Notes under the pieces: model-generated
What the model was told of the DNA's origin: nothing
The model's input: only the letters and a program-made list of their open reading frames with translations
Databases searched by the model: none
NCBI GenBank assembly: GCA_003427395.1
Contig: BFEA01000004.1
Span: 4,994,982 to 5,058,981, forward strand
DNA: 64,000 bases
Reading direction: 5' to 3'
DNA from: Chara braunii
Lineage: Eukaryota; Plantae; Charophyceae
Translations under genes and position numbers: made by a program
Shown: positions 62,507 through 64,000 of the stretch, piece after piece
Layout: the number at the start of each line of letters is the position of its first letter
Position numbering within the stretch: the first letter of the stretch is position 1

Positions 62507-63639
62507 ATATATATATATATATATATGGATTTTTGATTCCAATCCGGTTGGTTGGTTCGGCCGAGCATATGGTCGCTTTATCTGGATGATACTATACGTT
62601 TCAAGAACTCTGACAGCAGAGCCTCTTGAGAACTCCGAAGATGGCATATGCACCCTCATAGTCAGTTATATGGCAATTTGTCTAGGTTACCTGATCGGAC
62701 GTCCGGGACCCCCCTGACCGTCCGGGATGTACGACCAGACGTCTGGTCGGACGTTGGACCGGACAGNNNNNNNNNNNNNNNNNNNNNNNNNNNNNNNNNN
62801 NNNNNNNNNNNNNNNNNNNNNNNNNNNNNNNNNNNNACCTTGCATAAGGTGTATGCCACCAAATTTTTGGCTCATTTGGGCAAGTAGAATAAACAATAAA
62901 AATCTTCAAAGATTCTAATCCCCACCGATACTCCTCCTATCCCACCAAAACCCCTCGTACCCCCCCCCCCCCCCCCCCCTCCCCCCCCCCCCTTACCCCA
63001 ATTACCACCCTATCACCAAATGCTCAGAAAAATCTGAATTGTTTTGTGGGGGGTCTCTAGGGCATGCGCAGCACTGTCATTTTTTTTTTTTAATAATATT
63101 ATTTAGTGCCAAAAAGCCGTCGTCCGGAAATCCGGACGACGGGGGTACCGGACATATGGGGCGACGTCCAGGGGAGACGTCCGGTCTCCGGACCATTGGT
63201 AACCTAGCAATTTGTTTGTTTTTTGTATTGCTTACTTTCTTTGGTAGTTTCGCATTCGTTTCTCGCATGTTCTGTAGTTCTGCCTCTTTGTTGTTTTGCG
63301 TTTGTTTCTCAGGTGTTCTGTGGTGCTGCAGTTTTTTTTTTTTTTTTTTTTTGGGTTTGTTGCTGTCGTGGCCTGTAGCTTTGCAATGTGTATCTTTGTC
63401 GTTTTGCCGCATTTTGATTCGTTTTTTTCCTTCTTTTTTTTTCCCCTCACATGACCTGTAGTTGTGCAATGTCTTTTTTTTGTTGTTCTTTTAAACTTTT
63501 TTTGCATTTATTTCTTGCGTGTTTGTTATGTAGTTCTGGGATTTGTATTTTCTTTTCATCGTTTTGTGTTCATTCCTCACATGTATTTTGGTTTTGGTTA
63601 TGGATCCGCACTTCCACGCGCCTAAATCCTCCTCCGTGC

Positions 63640-63716
63640 TCCTGCATGGATTTGAAGTTTGAACCGGCGACCTCAGCCCCAAGAGCCAAGTCTCTTAACC
63701 ACTACAGCCAGGACAC
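63640..63716 (-). mobile_element. tRNA-derived SINE head (Pol III A and B boxes)
   Basis: Reverse complement TGGCTGTAGTGG (A box) ... GGTTCAAAC (B box) at tRNA-like spacing; no intact acceptor stem. Confidence 0.6.
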
Positions 63717-64000
63717 TGTGTACAAACGTGGAATGGTCCTGATATCCCCCCCCCCCTCCCCTGCAAGGCTGTAGGTAGTGTCCAAACGCAACTCAACACC
63801 ACAGTCGGCTCCTCTGGACGCATCGGCAATTCTTGCACACTCAGCTCCAACTGAGCACGTACCCTTTACTGGCACTTAGCTCGCTCGCTTACCCTTGCTC
63901 ATCGTTTTGCATTCGTTCGTCGGATGTTTCGTAGTTCCCGAATTTGTTGCTTTTGTGGGGGGTGAGTTTTATGTGGTTCTGTTTTGGGGGGGGCGGTGGG

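Overview
Eukaryotic, repeat-rich nuclear draft scaffold with many N gaps and microsatellites, most likely from a charophyte alga (Characeae; the cox1 NUMT carries a group II intron at cox1 position 211). Two host genes are supported: an NHP2 (H/ACA snoRNP L7Ae) gene with an intronless CDS on the minus strand, and a multi-exon plus-strand gene with a low-complexity N-terminus and a conserved beta-rich C-terminus, probably incomplete at its 3' end here. The rest is mobile or retroposed DNA. This includes a 5.4-kb Penelope-like element (CCHC/SAP-like ORF, GIY-YIG and RT in one frame, ~580-bp direct repeats, 7-bp TSD), a second PLE fragment, L1 relics, TTAA- and Mutator-type MITEs, three U6 retro-fragments, a U2-headed poly(A) retrocopy, a tRNA-derived SINE head and two decayed paralogs of an unknown PHD-like gene. 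The most novel signal is a dispersed family of ~110-nt, (TA)n-associated, 3'-anchored elements that look like the 3' cleavage product of a type III hammerhead ribozyme. The missing 5' half of the ribozyme is preserved elsewhere in the window. Three Nextera mate-pair junction adapters mark local assembly artefacts.
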